A stretch of DNA of 64,000 nt from Tubulanus polymorphus (lineage: Eukaryota > Animalia > Nemertea): positions 23,354,299 through 23,418,298 of the forward strand of contig NC_134025.1 in assembly GCF_964204645.1 (NCBI RefSeq), read 5' to 3'. Numbering within the stretch: the first letter of the stretch is position 1; every line of letters starts with the position of its first letter. The notes below the pieces were generated by a model. It did no database searches, was not told the DNA's origin, and saw only the letters and a list, made by a program, of their open reading frames with translations. This document shows positions 11,604-26,000 of this stretch, one piece after another. A program made the position numbers and the translations under genes.

Positions 11604-14600
11604 AGATTACGTATCGCCGTACAAGAGCAGTCTATGGAAAATGAGAAATTATGTTTTGTGTGTAATTTACACTTATCGAAGTCCCGCTGTTCGTTATGAA
11701 AAAAAAAACTCACTGTCAAAATGTTCTCTAATCTCATCCGTCTGTCATATAGAAGAAAAAATGATTTATACTGAATTTAACGCTTCCCCTTCTTCTCAAT
11801 AGTAGTAATGTACATGTTTTCTAGTCATGTTCTCATGTTTTTACGCTAAAGTAATAGTAGAAAACTGGACACTGTGCTGATATGATTGTGTATTTCTATG
11901 TCCAATCGGTGCTACGGACTAATTAATGACTTCGGCTTCAGAGAATTTTTCTGCGTGAGCTATAGTTAGAGATATTACCAAAAAAAAAACGCAAGTAACT
12001 AGTCGTATTTATTTCATTAATCGAGAGACTGTCGTAGATCTCTCCGCTACGATACTGATCTGATACTTTATGCGATGAAATTATTTTCTTCATTGTTTAT
12101 TGCTGGTCGTGCGGTATTTTTCATCTGAACGATACCTCGATGGTCACTGCATTGTATCGTTTGAATACACGTACACAATCTTGCGCAGTCATGTTATCCA
12201 CACATTTTTGTCAGTCGTATTTTGTGAACGCCGTGTGTGGTGAGACTTCGTGACTGAGCCGTATGATATTTTGTAAAGAAAAAAAAATTGTATATATATT
12301 GACGAAAAAAAGCACTAGATCTTGTGCTGCGTTAATTTCGACGACAAATGATTTTGGGACTTATTATTTAAGTCCCGTGCCATTCAAATGAAATTTAAGA
12401 AAATAAGCCATTTGCTCAATTCACCGGATTCAGTTTACGATTACGATATAACAAGTAAATACATATTTCAACGGTGTTTTACGATAGGAGTTTGCCTGCT
12501 CAAAACTACTTAGTCTGTATTATCGAGTTCTTTTTATTTCTTACTAACTCAAAAGGATACAAATAAGGTGCCTTACTATTGCTGCTTGGGCTCTTTTGCT
12601 GTAATAATTGGTTGTTTAATGATTTAACATCAGTCAGTGGCTGAAATGGATGAACAAAAATTATCTAACTATCTATGACAATAGGAGTGCATGGATTACC
12701 AGTACATTTTTCGGTTAAAAAAGCGTTTGCTTTCGTTGATTTACTCAAATTTTCTGTTTTTATCTGGATGCAATCGTCACTGTATGATCTTTAGTCCCAT
12801 TGAGTGTGCATCTACCCAGCAGAAAATTGAGGTAGTTGTGCATTTTCTCATTACTGTAAACGTGCACTATCGGTGTGTTAAACTATGAAACTTTGAATCG
12901 TATGGCCATTTTCTCCATATCACAGCTTTTGCGGTGCTTATCAGACTTCAAATACTTTTCAATTCTTCCGTTATGAAGCGTCATTCAGAAGCCCGCAAGA
13001 TCTTAGAAAAAAGTACCTATCGATACTGCCTACCATATGTCATCTTTCACATTTCGTCAATTTTATTTTTTGACGTCATATCGACGTATGTAACTTGTAG
13101 TTCACTGGAACCTAGCTCTCAATTTATGTCGAACACCGATGAAACAAATAGACAATGATCTCAAGCTGTGTTAAACCAGCAAGCATGAGGTTATACTTCC
13201 ACTTAAGCATTTGGTAATGAACAAATTATTTACGAAGCTTTTGATCAAAGCTAACCACGGTAGTCGGTAATCTTGACTACATAGAAAGTTCAATAACGGC
13301 TTGAGTAGTCTCCATCATGACAGATGAACGGTGAAAAACTGCTGAAGACTCTAGAAGCCGAGTGTAGACTGATAACAAAATGAAGTTCATACAGTCCTTA
13401 TGAAGAAATTGTAGAATATAGTACCGTCGCAAAATTAGTGGAGACCGACTGGAATCTGGCCAAAATTTAAATGAAATGTTATGCAAATTTTGTAGATGCC
13501 TTAATGTATGTTGATATATCCAAAAAGGACTTAACGTGTGAATGTAAGCTGAATGTAATAGAAGTGTTTGTTTTCCCTTGAAGTATGTAAGTAATGAGGA
13601 ATGATTGGTCTACATTGCATTAGAAAAATTTCGCATTTTTGGTTGATATCGATTTCTAGGACGACGTTTGTCTCTGGATTTTCGACTGCAAGTGAGCTAA
13701 TGCTGGCTAATACAATAGTAGATGTGTATTTATAAGCAGTTCGCTCGACCTATACTGCAGAATCATTGACAGTTTCTGCTGAGCCGACTGTTGGGACGCA
13801 TGCGTGGATTTTGATTTGGAAATTAAGGCAATTTACATAGATATATATATATATATATAAGAATGCTTTGTCATATTATCCTGCAAAAATTCTCCACGAA
13901 AACGCGCAGTTTTTAGTATGTATGAACATGTTCATGTGTTCATTGAAATGATTGAAATTACTGAGGCTGTTACAACCCTCGATGAATTAGGATTTTTTCC
14001 TGGTTCAATTTTTTCCACGTATATGTTCTCCTCTCCATGCCTCCTGGTAATAAAGTATATTTAATGAATACGAAGTTTGGACAGTGGCATTTTAATACTA
14101 ATAGAAATATAGAACTATGAAAGTTATCAAGTTGCAATGAAGTGGTGAATAAATCCGGAAATAACTTTAAGTATTCTCTTCTTGTTGTTTTTATCGAAGG
14201 ATTATCTAGTCGTGAGCTAAAATCAGATACCAAAAGGTCATATTTCAGTTACATAGATAATTGTCACAACTGTGGAACTGGATCCAGTCCTGGTTTACAA
14301 AGGTTTGGAAACTGAGAAGCAGTACTGAAAATTCATTCGGCTTGTTTGAAAATGAAATGTTTGAGTCATTGATTGTGGACTAAATGGATGTAAAACTGAC
14401 ATGAGAGGAAGGTAATTTTCATATTTTGGGGAGTATTTTGACTGGATGGCGAGAAATGATCATGTAGCAGAAAGTAGAACATTACGACTCTCATCGCAAC
14501 TGGCCGACGTGAATTGCGATTGTCATAGTGGATCCTCACAGAGAATTGCGTCATAGGCGATCACCTCACTTCTGAAATATTGTGGTTAATAGGGAATCTA

Positions 14601-14663
14601 TTTCGACTGTCAAATCTTGCTATGGCAATATCCATCAAACACTTGTAGTGGTCCAGTTAATAA

Positions 14664-14812
14664 GGAGTCATTCATATGTACGCATTAGAGGAGGGGGAGG
14701 GGTCAGTGCAATTGCGTACTGTAATGTTTTGAAAAGATGGCCGATTTTGTGTACAGGGGAGGGGCGTTTGAAAAATTCAAATTTTATGCGTATGTAATAA
14801 ATGAATGATCCA
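14664..14812. mobile_element. Harbinger/Tourist-like MITE, copy 1
   Basis: GGAGTCATTCAT...ATGAATGATCC ends with TAA on both flanks. Closely similar to 52355-52514 (shared GGGGAGGGGTCAGTGCA.TTGCGTAC core). Confidence 0.8.
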
Positions 14813-17015
14813 TAACTGAAGATTAGACGTCCTCTTTTTGAAACCATAACTAAATCGAAGAAAATCACAAGTTATGAGCAACCTTGCCTTTATTGTTAAC
14901 CTTTACCAGAAAATAAATAAATAAATGTCATAATATCATGTAAGTACATGTAAATTCAACAATGATAAAATATTCTTCAATCACAATATTCATACAGAAA
15001 ACATGAAGTGCATATTTATATTCAGCTATCTATAAACTGAGTTTCCCAATCTACAGACACAGTTCAGAATACATTGATTATAAAAAGCTACCGCTATATA
15101 CTTCACCAGTTCCATTGTTTTGCATAACTTCATTTGGAATTACTTGCATGCAGTTAAAAATACCCCTGATGCATTTAAAAACTTCTCTACTTAAAAATAT
15201 ACAATCAAATTTTATTGCAGGCTACTAAAGCTTTGGGTTGTAAAACATAAAGATGAAAAGTGACAATTAACACTTGACAATACTGGTGACCATTCGTCAG
15301 TAGTCTTAAATCCTGAATTACATACATAGCAAGTTCTAACAAGAGCTTTCTATTGAATGAATTAAGTATTTTTTTCACATTTTAATGGGCCATTAATTTG
15401 AGCAGAAATTAGATGGTTGTTCAATTTTCTTCAAGCGAGATTTTCCTAAAATACTGACAAACACATAAAACCTTAGTCATAAAAGCTACTTGAAATTCCT
15501 GATAAAATTAAAGCAAATACATACTAAACTTAAATGGTGACATATTTCAGAAGTAACTAACTACTGTAGCTGTTCTATGCACTAAACGTTTCAAAACATC
15601 AATTGATTATTATCATCATCAAAACATGAATGATTGAATACAACTTAAACACCTTTTTTTCAATAAATATAAACGCTTTTTTGGCTAAAATATAAAATCT
15701 CTTAAAATCTAACAATTTGGTTTCTTAAAATAATAGCTTCAGACAAATATTTGTACATACAACAGCCTATAGAATCAGAGTTTGAGCATGATTTGAGTAA
15801 ACATTTTTGGAGGTTCTACTATTGCACAACATTAGTAATCACTCTTAAGTATCCGAACATTTATCAGAATGGAAGACATCACTGAAATGTATAGACCCAT
15901 ATCGAAAAGTGACTTAGGAATAATCTATATGCAAAATTCACATTCAATTATTGTCACAAATAATACAAATTTATGTATCAGTAGTGTTTCTTGAGGCATC
16001 GAACACACCTCATCTACTTGCTTTAGATATAAAGATTCCCAATCAAAATTTTTGGAATGTTTAATACTTGTAATCAATGACAGTTTGGAAGACTAGACAG
16101 TAGATGACTCGATAAAGAAAATTATTCATTAACCAGAAGCTAAATCTAATTAACCTCTCATCTTAGCTGAAAGACTTGGAGCAATAAGTCTGACACACTG
16201 AAAGAGAAAAATGTTTTTCTATAAAACAGTGCACTTTTAATACAAGCATAAATACATAACACCATGATACATCTACAGTACAAATCACAATGTCAAATCA
16301 GGTGCAACAAGCCAATTTCTCAATCAAAATATTTTATCCAATATGTTCCATCAATCCTGTAGAGCAGAATGATTCCGTTGAATCTACAGTGCTTAATTCA
16401 ATGTTGATGGACGGATCATTAGCGTTCATCTTAAGAAAGGAAAACCTTTTTTCAATTCTTATGTAACATACACTGGTTATTCATTGAGCCACAAAGCATA
16501 ATTGTATCCCATTCTCTCAACACACCTTTTCATCGGTACATAAATAAAATCACTTACGCAAAGAATCAATTCAAAACGTACATATTTACTATTACGCAAA
16601 ACTACAATCATTTTGATGAAGTTTTTAAGTTCAGTATTTCCAAACTTACGCCCATCCCATATCAATGCTGCAGCCAGCAAAATATATTATAAAACATTCT
16701 TCATTTAAACATCTTTGGTTAGTTTACTTATTGATGGAATCTATCTAAATACAAGGGGGACGGAGTGCTATCAGTTTCTAAACAACAAACACAGCAGATT
16801 TCCCGTACACCAATAACACTATACAAGAAAAACAAGTAACAACTTTGTATAGGTCTTATTTTTGAAGTAAAACTGTCATTGATGATGATAAATAGATACC
16901 TGTAGCTGAGTGATGCCAAAAGCTGCTAGAAAAAAACCAAGATCAGAAAAACATAGATCGAGGTGAATGATGACATGGATGGAAATGTTAAAATGATGCA
17001 ATGACTTTGAAGACA

Positions 17016-20000
17016 TCAACTACAGCAACCCTTTTTCTTTAAGGATTCAGGCGGCTCTTGTAGTGTCAGAGCCTTTTCCATTTCTCTATCTTCCCGTTCC
17101 CTTAGTTTTCTGAAAATTGAAAATTTTAAATTCAATCTCGATGAAAAAAGCTTTGGATTTAGAAAGTCTATGATATTGGTCATGACGAATGAGAATGGTT
17201 TGAAGTTTTAAGGTTTACTCACCTAGCCATAGCTTCTATTGATTCTTGAACGTTTATTCCAGATTTGGCACTGGTTTCATAGAATAGCGCATCATATTCC
17301 TGAAAGTAAGCCATTGGAATTACATATTACCCGGTAATCAAATCGGCATGAATTGCATTACGCGCGTTATGTTGCATACTTCAGCTAGCTTTTGTCCATC
17401 TCTCTCCTTCACAGATCGATTTTCTTCATCTTCTAATAAATCTAATTTATTACCAACCAGGACGAGTACCGTTCCATATTCTACGCCCTCCTAAAATGCA
17501 GATAAATGTTTATTACAGCACTGCAGTACCGGGACATACTAAATACAACTAGTTATTCACTATTTTTTTCATGGCTTTGATATTCAAAAATGAAAAAGAG
17601 TTATCCTTAATGCGAAGTAAAAATAGAATTTACCAAACTCAAAAAGTCTTCAAAAAATATTTCTTTTTAAATTTTGTAAATATCCTAAAACATTTGAATA
17701 CCATATCGCTTACCTGCACACTTAGTATCCAATTTCTAACATTCGTAAATGAAGATTCCGATGTAACATCATACATTAAGAGCACGCCGTCAGCTTTTCG
17801 AAAATACTGCTTTGTGATACTTCGAAATCTGAAATTGAATACAAAAATGCATTAAGAGGTATCAAAGTTCTTAAGTGCACAGAGACATATGGATCCGGAA
17901 ATGAATCATTGCAAAATGATTTTCTAGGCTCGATGACGGCATATTTTCCTAATGTTTCTTACCTTTCTTGTCCAGCTGTGTCCCAGAGTTGTAACGCTAC
18001 CATATGCCTATCAACGATCAACGCCTTCACTTGAAAATCAACACCTAAAATATAAAGAGTTTTTTCCACAGTTTGCAAAGGAAATGCGGACTGATATTCA
18101 CCATGGAAATACAATGAAAGTCTAGCACATGTTTCTGAATTTCAGCAAATTCAGAAACACATGTTGTTTTGTCCGACATGAAGGATTATTAACCACCAAA
18201 CTCACCAATCGTTGCACTGAAAGTAGCTTTAAATTCATTCGTGCAAAATCGATGAATAAAACTGCTCTTGCCAACACCGGAATCACCTATGAATACCACT
18301 TTGAAAACTCGTTCAGGCGTCGTAGGTAGTGGCTCCTCCTCCTAAACAGAAACAAGTCATCAGCACTAATTATATGAAAAGTTATTGTACGCCCGGTAGT
18401 GAAAGTTGATTATTTAGAGCCAATTTAGAGAAATCACCAAAATATACACTCTTTCAGATGATGTCAGGAAGAACAATCTTTATCTTTCTACAAGTTTTTG
18501 AGCTTATTCTATTTACAAATGTTATATGAGCATATTGATATATGGCATACACATGTACAGGGTGTCACAAGACAGAGTCAGTAAGTCACTTGGTCGCAGT
18601 CAAATACACCAAATATGCCATACTCTGTAACTCTCTTTTCATCCATTGTAGATAAGATATGAAAGATGTTAGCTTTAATATTGATGAATTGGCAAACAAA
18701 TAAATGAATCAGAAAAGCAAATTTGCAGTAACATAGGCAATAGAAACAGTTGTAAAGACTGTTTATGAAAACTGAGCATTCAAATTTGTACATATCAACC
18801 ACACAGAATACAAATCAAAGCAAAAAATAGAATTAGGTATGCAATTTTGTTTGAGATATACATGTACATATATAGATAGCCAAGAGAAAATCTACATTAA
18901 CTAACCTACGTAACTATATTTGCAGCAATAATGGCGAAAATTGATATGAAATTATTTGCTTTGCTCACTGGAAATGCTGAAGCAAAAGTTGACAGACACT
19001 CTTTTATATTTGACTAAATGAATGGCAATAATGAGCTCTAAGCAAAAACCTCGGACAGTTGATGCGCTACTCACACTGATGGAAGGGAGGGATTTCTGGG
19101 TCTAAAATTAAAGAAAAGCGTTCACGAAATGCATTGGAATGAAACCAATCATGATGAACGATCAACACGAGTGGCAGTGCTGTATCTACATATGGTGAAA
19201 AAACAATGCTTAGATGTTTTGCAACTTTGTCTGTACAAATCCCATCATTACAGACATCCCATTACCAGTAACCATTAGCACTCGAAATCAATTTTATGTG
19301 TAACTACATGTAACAGTGTTTAGTTACCTCATGTGTTTCAGGATGGCTGTTAGCACCTACAGGTTGTTGTCTAGTCATATTCTGAGCCATTTCATCTCTG
19401 GAAAATCCAATAGTATTAGCATACAGCTATGTAGGCATAATATAGGCCTATGCGCTATGAACGCAGCAGATAAATCGTGGTACTCACTTTCCCATACCAT
19501 CAGGCAGATCAAACTCAGAACGTTTCACACGCATGCTACGATATTTCCTACAAAATATCAATATCAAAATTACAACAGCAGACAGCATTAGGACTGTAAT
19601 AATTGAACTAAATTCATGGGGATACTGAATTGAAAATAAATATATGTATTTCTTTAAGTGTTTGTAAACTTCTCAATTAGAATGAGTCTTTTTACTAGTT
19701 GTCTGCATCACATTTGTGATGTGGATACAAGCTTTCTTGCACTAAGCCCAAACCATTGGAAGGCGTACTTCAGTAACATTACATTTTGTTAGTTAACCAA
19801 TGTGGCTGCCACATTCAAACTTTTTTCATTTGGCATATGACGTAAGAAAGGAATGAAATCACTTGCCTATCAGTTCTGCCACCTAATCTTGATTCATCAG
19901 CACTGTCACTATCATCTGATAAGTTATTGGCTCTCCAGTTCGAGTCCATTGATTGATAGCGTTTCATTTTTCCTCGCCTTTGAGCCGCTTCTAAACGATC

Positions 20001-23000
20001 GGGATTTGGCGCATGGTGCAGCGAATCCATTTGCATATTTTGAGCAATAAATGCATCATCGTCACATTCGATATCTTCATCGATTCCATCGACATTACTT
20101 CCTGTACTCATTCTAAAATCAAGCATAAAGCAATAAAAAAGTCATTCACATCAATCGCAAGCACGACTGCTACAACTTACGGTCTAATGAAATCTTTTGC
20201 AATCATTTTCATAATCATAATTTAAGCCAAATGAATGTCTTAAAAGGTTTAGGTACCCGCAGAAAACACTGCTTTGAAAATGCTTATGGCTTTCGTCAGA
20301 ATCTCACCTTGGTGAAAAATAATTCGACAGAATTGAACCTTGTTTGACTAAAGTATTTTTCTTTGGCTCAGATGAAGCTGGAGCGGTAGCAGTAGTGGGA
20401 GCTCCCGGCGAAGATGGAACACCACCTTCCTTGCCGTCATCCACGCTCAGATGTGGCGCTCGCTCACCCATGGCCTATGAATCAGAGGGAATTAACTTTT
20501 CTATAAATTCATTTCAAAATGTATGGAAATTTTGAATTGGTTTCATAATAAGTGCATATTACCTAGAAAGCACATTTTTGAATAAATTCAGATTACATAT
20601 GAAGAAGTAACAAAAATATCTTGAAAGATACATAATTATAATACATTTGCACTGATGGTAGAATCAATTCATGACTACTACCATTAATACGTACATCTAA
20701 AATAGGTTGACGGGACTGGGATAAAGAACAGTAAGGTTTATAGCTATCAGGAGTGAGATTTTCAAACTCAAAAGCGCATGCAAGGTATTTATACTGATAA
20801 AAGGTCTATCAAAGCCAAAAATGCTAAAAGAAAAAAAAATCCCTTCTGGCAAGATTGTTTCGATGGAAGTCTTCCCCTGAATAGTGGTATCAATAGTTGA
20901 TTTCTAGTAGGCTACAATGAAGGTGGGTCTGATGATGGACGTATAAACTCTATAAACTCTAGTTTATACATCCATGGTTTGATATATGTTATATGTCAAT
21001 TCTACAATGTAGACACATGCAGTGAATATTTGAAACGCGGTTAGACACGAATCTAGTTCGTCAATTCCTTTCTAAGCGTAGTTTAAATGTCTGATATGTC
21101 TATGCTCAAATGCATGACTACATTCAACATATAATGATCATTCATTTATATCTATATACGTATTGTAGAAGAAAAGTGATAAGAAACAATAGAAAATGTT
21201 AACAGTAAAACTGATTGGAAAATGATTAAAATATTTCAATTGAAACAATGAATTAAAATGCAATGATGTATTGATAAATTGTAACAAAATGTGAAAGAAT
21301 TAAAAAAATAAATTCTTGGTCATCAAACACTTAGTGGAAATGTACTCATTTAGTTTAGCCAAATGAAAAATGAAATAAAATTAGAATGACCATCCAAAAA
21401 CTAAAGCAAGCACATGTGTTTTGTGTAAGGTCAAGGGTGCAACAAATACGGTGAACAGACGTTATTTTCTGACATACCAATCTAACTACGTTCTTTTGAC
21501 ATACCCAGAACAGGAAATGATAATCTATTTACCGCCAGTAAGTTATACCGGTAAATCTAAATTTCTGATTAGTGTCAAGGAAATTGCTTAATGTGAATGT
21601 GAGTGTGTTAGATGAAATATATAGTGTTCATTGTGGGTTTTAAAGATGAAAATACCTGATCCATTTCCTGGTGTAAATTGGTAACACCCTATCAAATAAA
21701 AACATTAGATACATATTTACAACTTACTGTGTACGTGTGGAAAATACCTCAGCAGATGAAGAAAGCTTTGAGACTCGGCAACAAAGCGAGATACCAATCA
21801 TATATCGGATTATGGAAATGATATTTTAAATGGATTTTTTTCAAAAGAATGACGCAACATGAATTATGGAATATGAATGTATCAAAAAAGTGTTGACTAA
21901 TACCTGTAAAAGTACTGAACGAAAAAGGCCAATAATTTTCTGATAAATGGTAACTGCTCTGTACAGTGGTTCTATGAATAATGATGGGTTCTCAAACTAC
22001 TACCAGCTGACATAACTCTGCTGTGTTTTGTTAACTTCATTATTCTTCATTTATCTAATGGCCCCAATGCTAAGGGTGCACTTAAGGGATCGATCAAATC
22101 CAAAACAGCTATGTAACTTAGTAACCATTGGCTAATAGAATATCTGTACCAAATATGGTGATGATCCAATAATGCTTAGTAGCAATTCATAGGAATACGG
22201 GGCCAACGCAGAAGGGCCCCTTAGATGTTCTATGGGCAAGGACCACAACTATAAAAACTCTTTGAGGATATTCGATAATCTGATGGACAATGATGGCTAC
22301 CCCCAAAAACATCAGCTCAACTGACCTTTGGTCACGAAGGAGCTAAAAAGATCATTTCAAACACTGAACACGGATACGTTATTCTAATGACCAAGATAAT
22401 CATATTGATTCAAATAATTTTGTCAAAGAACCCATCACTGCAAAAAAGCTCAAGTAGTTAGCGCAGTTAAGCTTTAAATACCGGTAGGAGAAAATCACGC
22501 TGCGCTAGAATAATAAATTGAGGAGATGAGAAATCTGTTTTCACTCAAGAAATCATCACTGCAGACCAGGGTACCGGTAATTCATATATATATATATATA
22601 TTTGTTTATAGCAGCTATCCCAGGAGAATGGAATCACACACAATATCACAAGAGATCTTTGTCCCAGCAATGTACATGTATATGTTACATGTAGAACTAA
22701 GCCGAAGGTTTTGCTCAGTCTCCAAGCTCCTCGTCCAAGCAATATATCTGCGATTAATTCAAATCACACAAAGTGCAAACCTGAGTCGAATCATTTCTGT
22801 CTGTTTTCACCTGGGTCAGACAGTCGAAATTGTTTAATATCGTTATATGGCATACCGCGAAAAATATCGCGTTATATAATAATATACAGTCCCATCTCAA
22901 TACCATATCGGGTCAATACATAGAATACCCTGGCTCAACAAAAGCACAAGGGGACTATCCGGGCTGTATATTAATTAAGGCAATCAAATCATGGCATCGG

Positions 23001-26000
23001 CGTAAAAAATAACATATAGATGAAAAAGTTTTTAAACTCCTTATGTTAAAGTACATGAGCAAAAGAAAATCATCGAAACCAACGTGTAGCTATTGTAGAT
23101 TTGTATGAGCAGTAGATACTGGTTATCGAATCGAAAGCATAGTTAAATGCAAGTGATAAATATACGAATGTAGAGATTGCATACGATGAAATGCTTACCC
23201 ATTTAGCCCAGTTCTCATCCTTTTCGTCTCTCAACTTTTTGTTGACGTCACGCAGCATTTCGAGCTGTCGTACGAGCGACTCTCTCTCGACGGCGATATT
23301 CTCGCTGATATTCATCGCTGCCCTGCAAATGATTAGAATGCTGAAACACACAAGAACGCGACGCGTGTGTGAAGACCGGCGATATTACTACCTCCGCCGA
23401 CGTCGAGATCCATCGGCGGCTCGTGACAAACAGATCGTGCAAACAATATACAACACAATTCACATTTTGTATCTATGCGTATTGTGTATGTTGTGTCAAA
23501 TTCTTAGGATACATCGATATACAAATGCTCTAAAAATAATGCTTTACTAACTGTCAATTGTGCATGAAGACACACTTATAATTGAAATGAAAAGATAAAA
23601 CAACTAATGAGAACGAACGTATAGAGAAGCATCCATGCTCCATGCGATCTGTTTGTCATGCACTGGTGGCAACATCACCTACCTTCATCTATTGACTATG
23701 CATAGCATGCTGGGACCGAGGTCCTAGAAAGATACATCAACGACAAGGTATAAAGGTTTATCTATGTACATTCGGAAAAAAGGAATAAATGAAATCGCTG
23801 CTACCACGTTTTTACGAGAATACCTAGAAGTCTATTAAGAAGACACCGTCTATATCAAAAGTGGGAATAATGAACCTATTTGAGTTTTTGCAAGGTAGAC
23901 ACCATTCCACATATCTATGCGCTTAAGATGAGATTGAGAATAGCTTAAGACAGAATAGATTTTCAAATCCTCTCAAACGAATGCTACGCGCGTATTCCAC
24001 TAATATAGATGTGGCTTAGTAATTGTACATGCTATGTCGAAAACAACAGTTTCACTCGAGTTTTCATATCAAAAAGCAGCCATTTATAATAATAGTTTTT
24101 GTTATTATTTGATGATAATCAGATGAGGTTCAAGACCACCAACCTGGCTCTTTCTTTTTTCTCAATCTTCTGTTGGTCGGATAATTGTTTGATGTACGTT
24201 CGACTTTCTTCTAAGGAATCTTGCGAATTGGCCAGCATATCCTCTAATTCCAATTTTTCCTGTACAATGAAGCAATTGAATACATATATTCATGATAGAA
24301 ACCTAACATATTCATCCCTTATTCATCACTATTTCGTTACTTACCTTGAATAGTCGATCATTCTCGAGTTTGGTTTCAGCCTCCATTGAATTCAATTGAT
24401 TCAGTCGATCTTCCATCTATTCTCAGAAATATTGAGAAAACACGAATCAACATACATTTTAGCAACACTTATCGAAGAATAGAACATAATTTCTATACCA
24501 ATTTCTTACACTTATGAAGAGTAGCTCGAATCGAACCTTACCTCTGTATGTCTACGCAATAATTCCTGCAGTTGCTTGTCCTTTTCGTACAAATCTTTTT
24601 CTAAATCACTACGAATTTCCCTTTCCCTCTGTTTCTCCTGCAAATCACACCATAACGAAATATTTAGATTTAATCTTAACAATTCAGTTAGTAAATAAGC
24701 ACATATTATATATGTTTTACCCAGTTCTTACCTCGTTTAGAATCTTTTCCCTCTCAGTTTTAATTTGATTTTCCATTTCTTCGTACAATTTTCGCACTTC
24801 TTCATCGTGTGCATTCGCTTTACTGAAAAAATAAAGCAAAAATGAGGTAATTCTTCAAAAGCTCATAAATTGTGTGCGATGCCTCGTAAATGAGTCAATA
24901 ATCAGGGAGAACGTGCTAAAATCTAACATACGATTTTAAGGCAGATTCTATTGTTTGATAATCTGATTGCGTTTTCTTAACTTCGTTCGTGATTTTACTG
25001 AGGAACTCCTCGAAACCAGACAACAGATTAGGGTCCTCTTTCCGTAAACGTCCCCAAAGATGCTTCAATGTTTCTTGACTGAAGTATAAGGAAAATGCAT
25101 ACAATACGGAGATAGTTTTTCAGGCTCATTAAAATATGTATTTGATATTTAGTAATTAAGGAGCAGCCTGTAGCCCGTAGTAGGAAGAAGTACCGGTATA
25201 AACCACAGGTGTTCAAAGAGGGGATTGTACTACTTGTCGCATTGATGAATTACTCACTCGTCAAACATTCCCATGGCGCCCATATTTTCCATTGTTTCGT
25301 TAAATACTTCATCCTCATCTCCGGACAATTCGGCGCTGAACGGATGTTCGGTTTCATACACTTCATTATTCGCGTTCACTTTCTCTTCTTCTGGTTTGTT
25401 CATTCCAAGAAAAACTCCTGAAATCGAAACCGATATTCAGCGATGGTATCACTTACCTAATAGTATAATTATAACCAGTACGTTGAATAGTTTTAATGTT
25501 CTAGATTAAAAGTCGCTGCCTGAATCAATATATAACATAACATTTCAGAAGCCAACTCAATGATTTTAAAAATTGTTCATGACGTAAAAATGAATGTACA
25601 TGTGGGTTTGATGATCAGATTATTATGGTCAAGCATGCAGCTGCAGTTTGTGTAGTCATTCAGTTTGGAAAAGGCTTCAAATAAAAATCCAAGTTTTAGA
25701 GGACTATTGTTGTTGCCGTTTACAGCGAACCCAGCTTATGTATTGGGCTGAAAACCAATTTTCATATTCTCTAAGAACAAAATCCTTCTACTGAATCAGG
25801 ATTCCAAAAGCCATCTACAAATGTTTCCAAGATTCCGCAGGTAGTCAAATTTTCAATGATCAAAAAACATTTTTCTAAAACATGCGTTCAATATTCCAAA
25901 ACTTAAAATTGATGTGTAAGGCGTTAACAAACCGGATATCGTCTTTCTTGGGAAATAGAGAATGATCTCAGGGGATGACCCCCCTAGGGCCGATGAAAAT

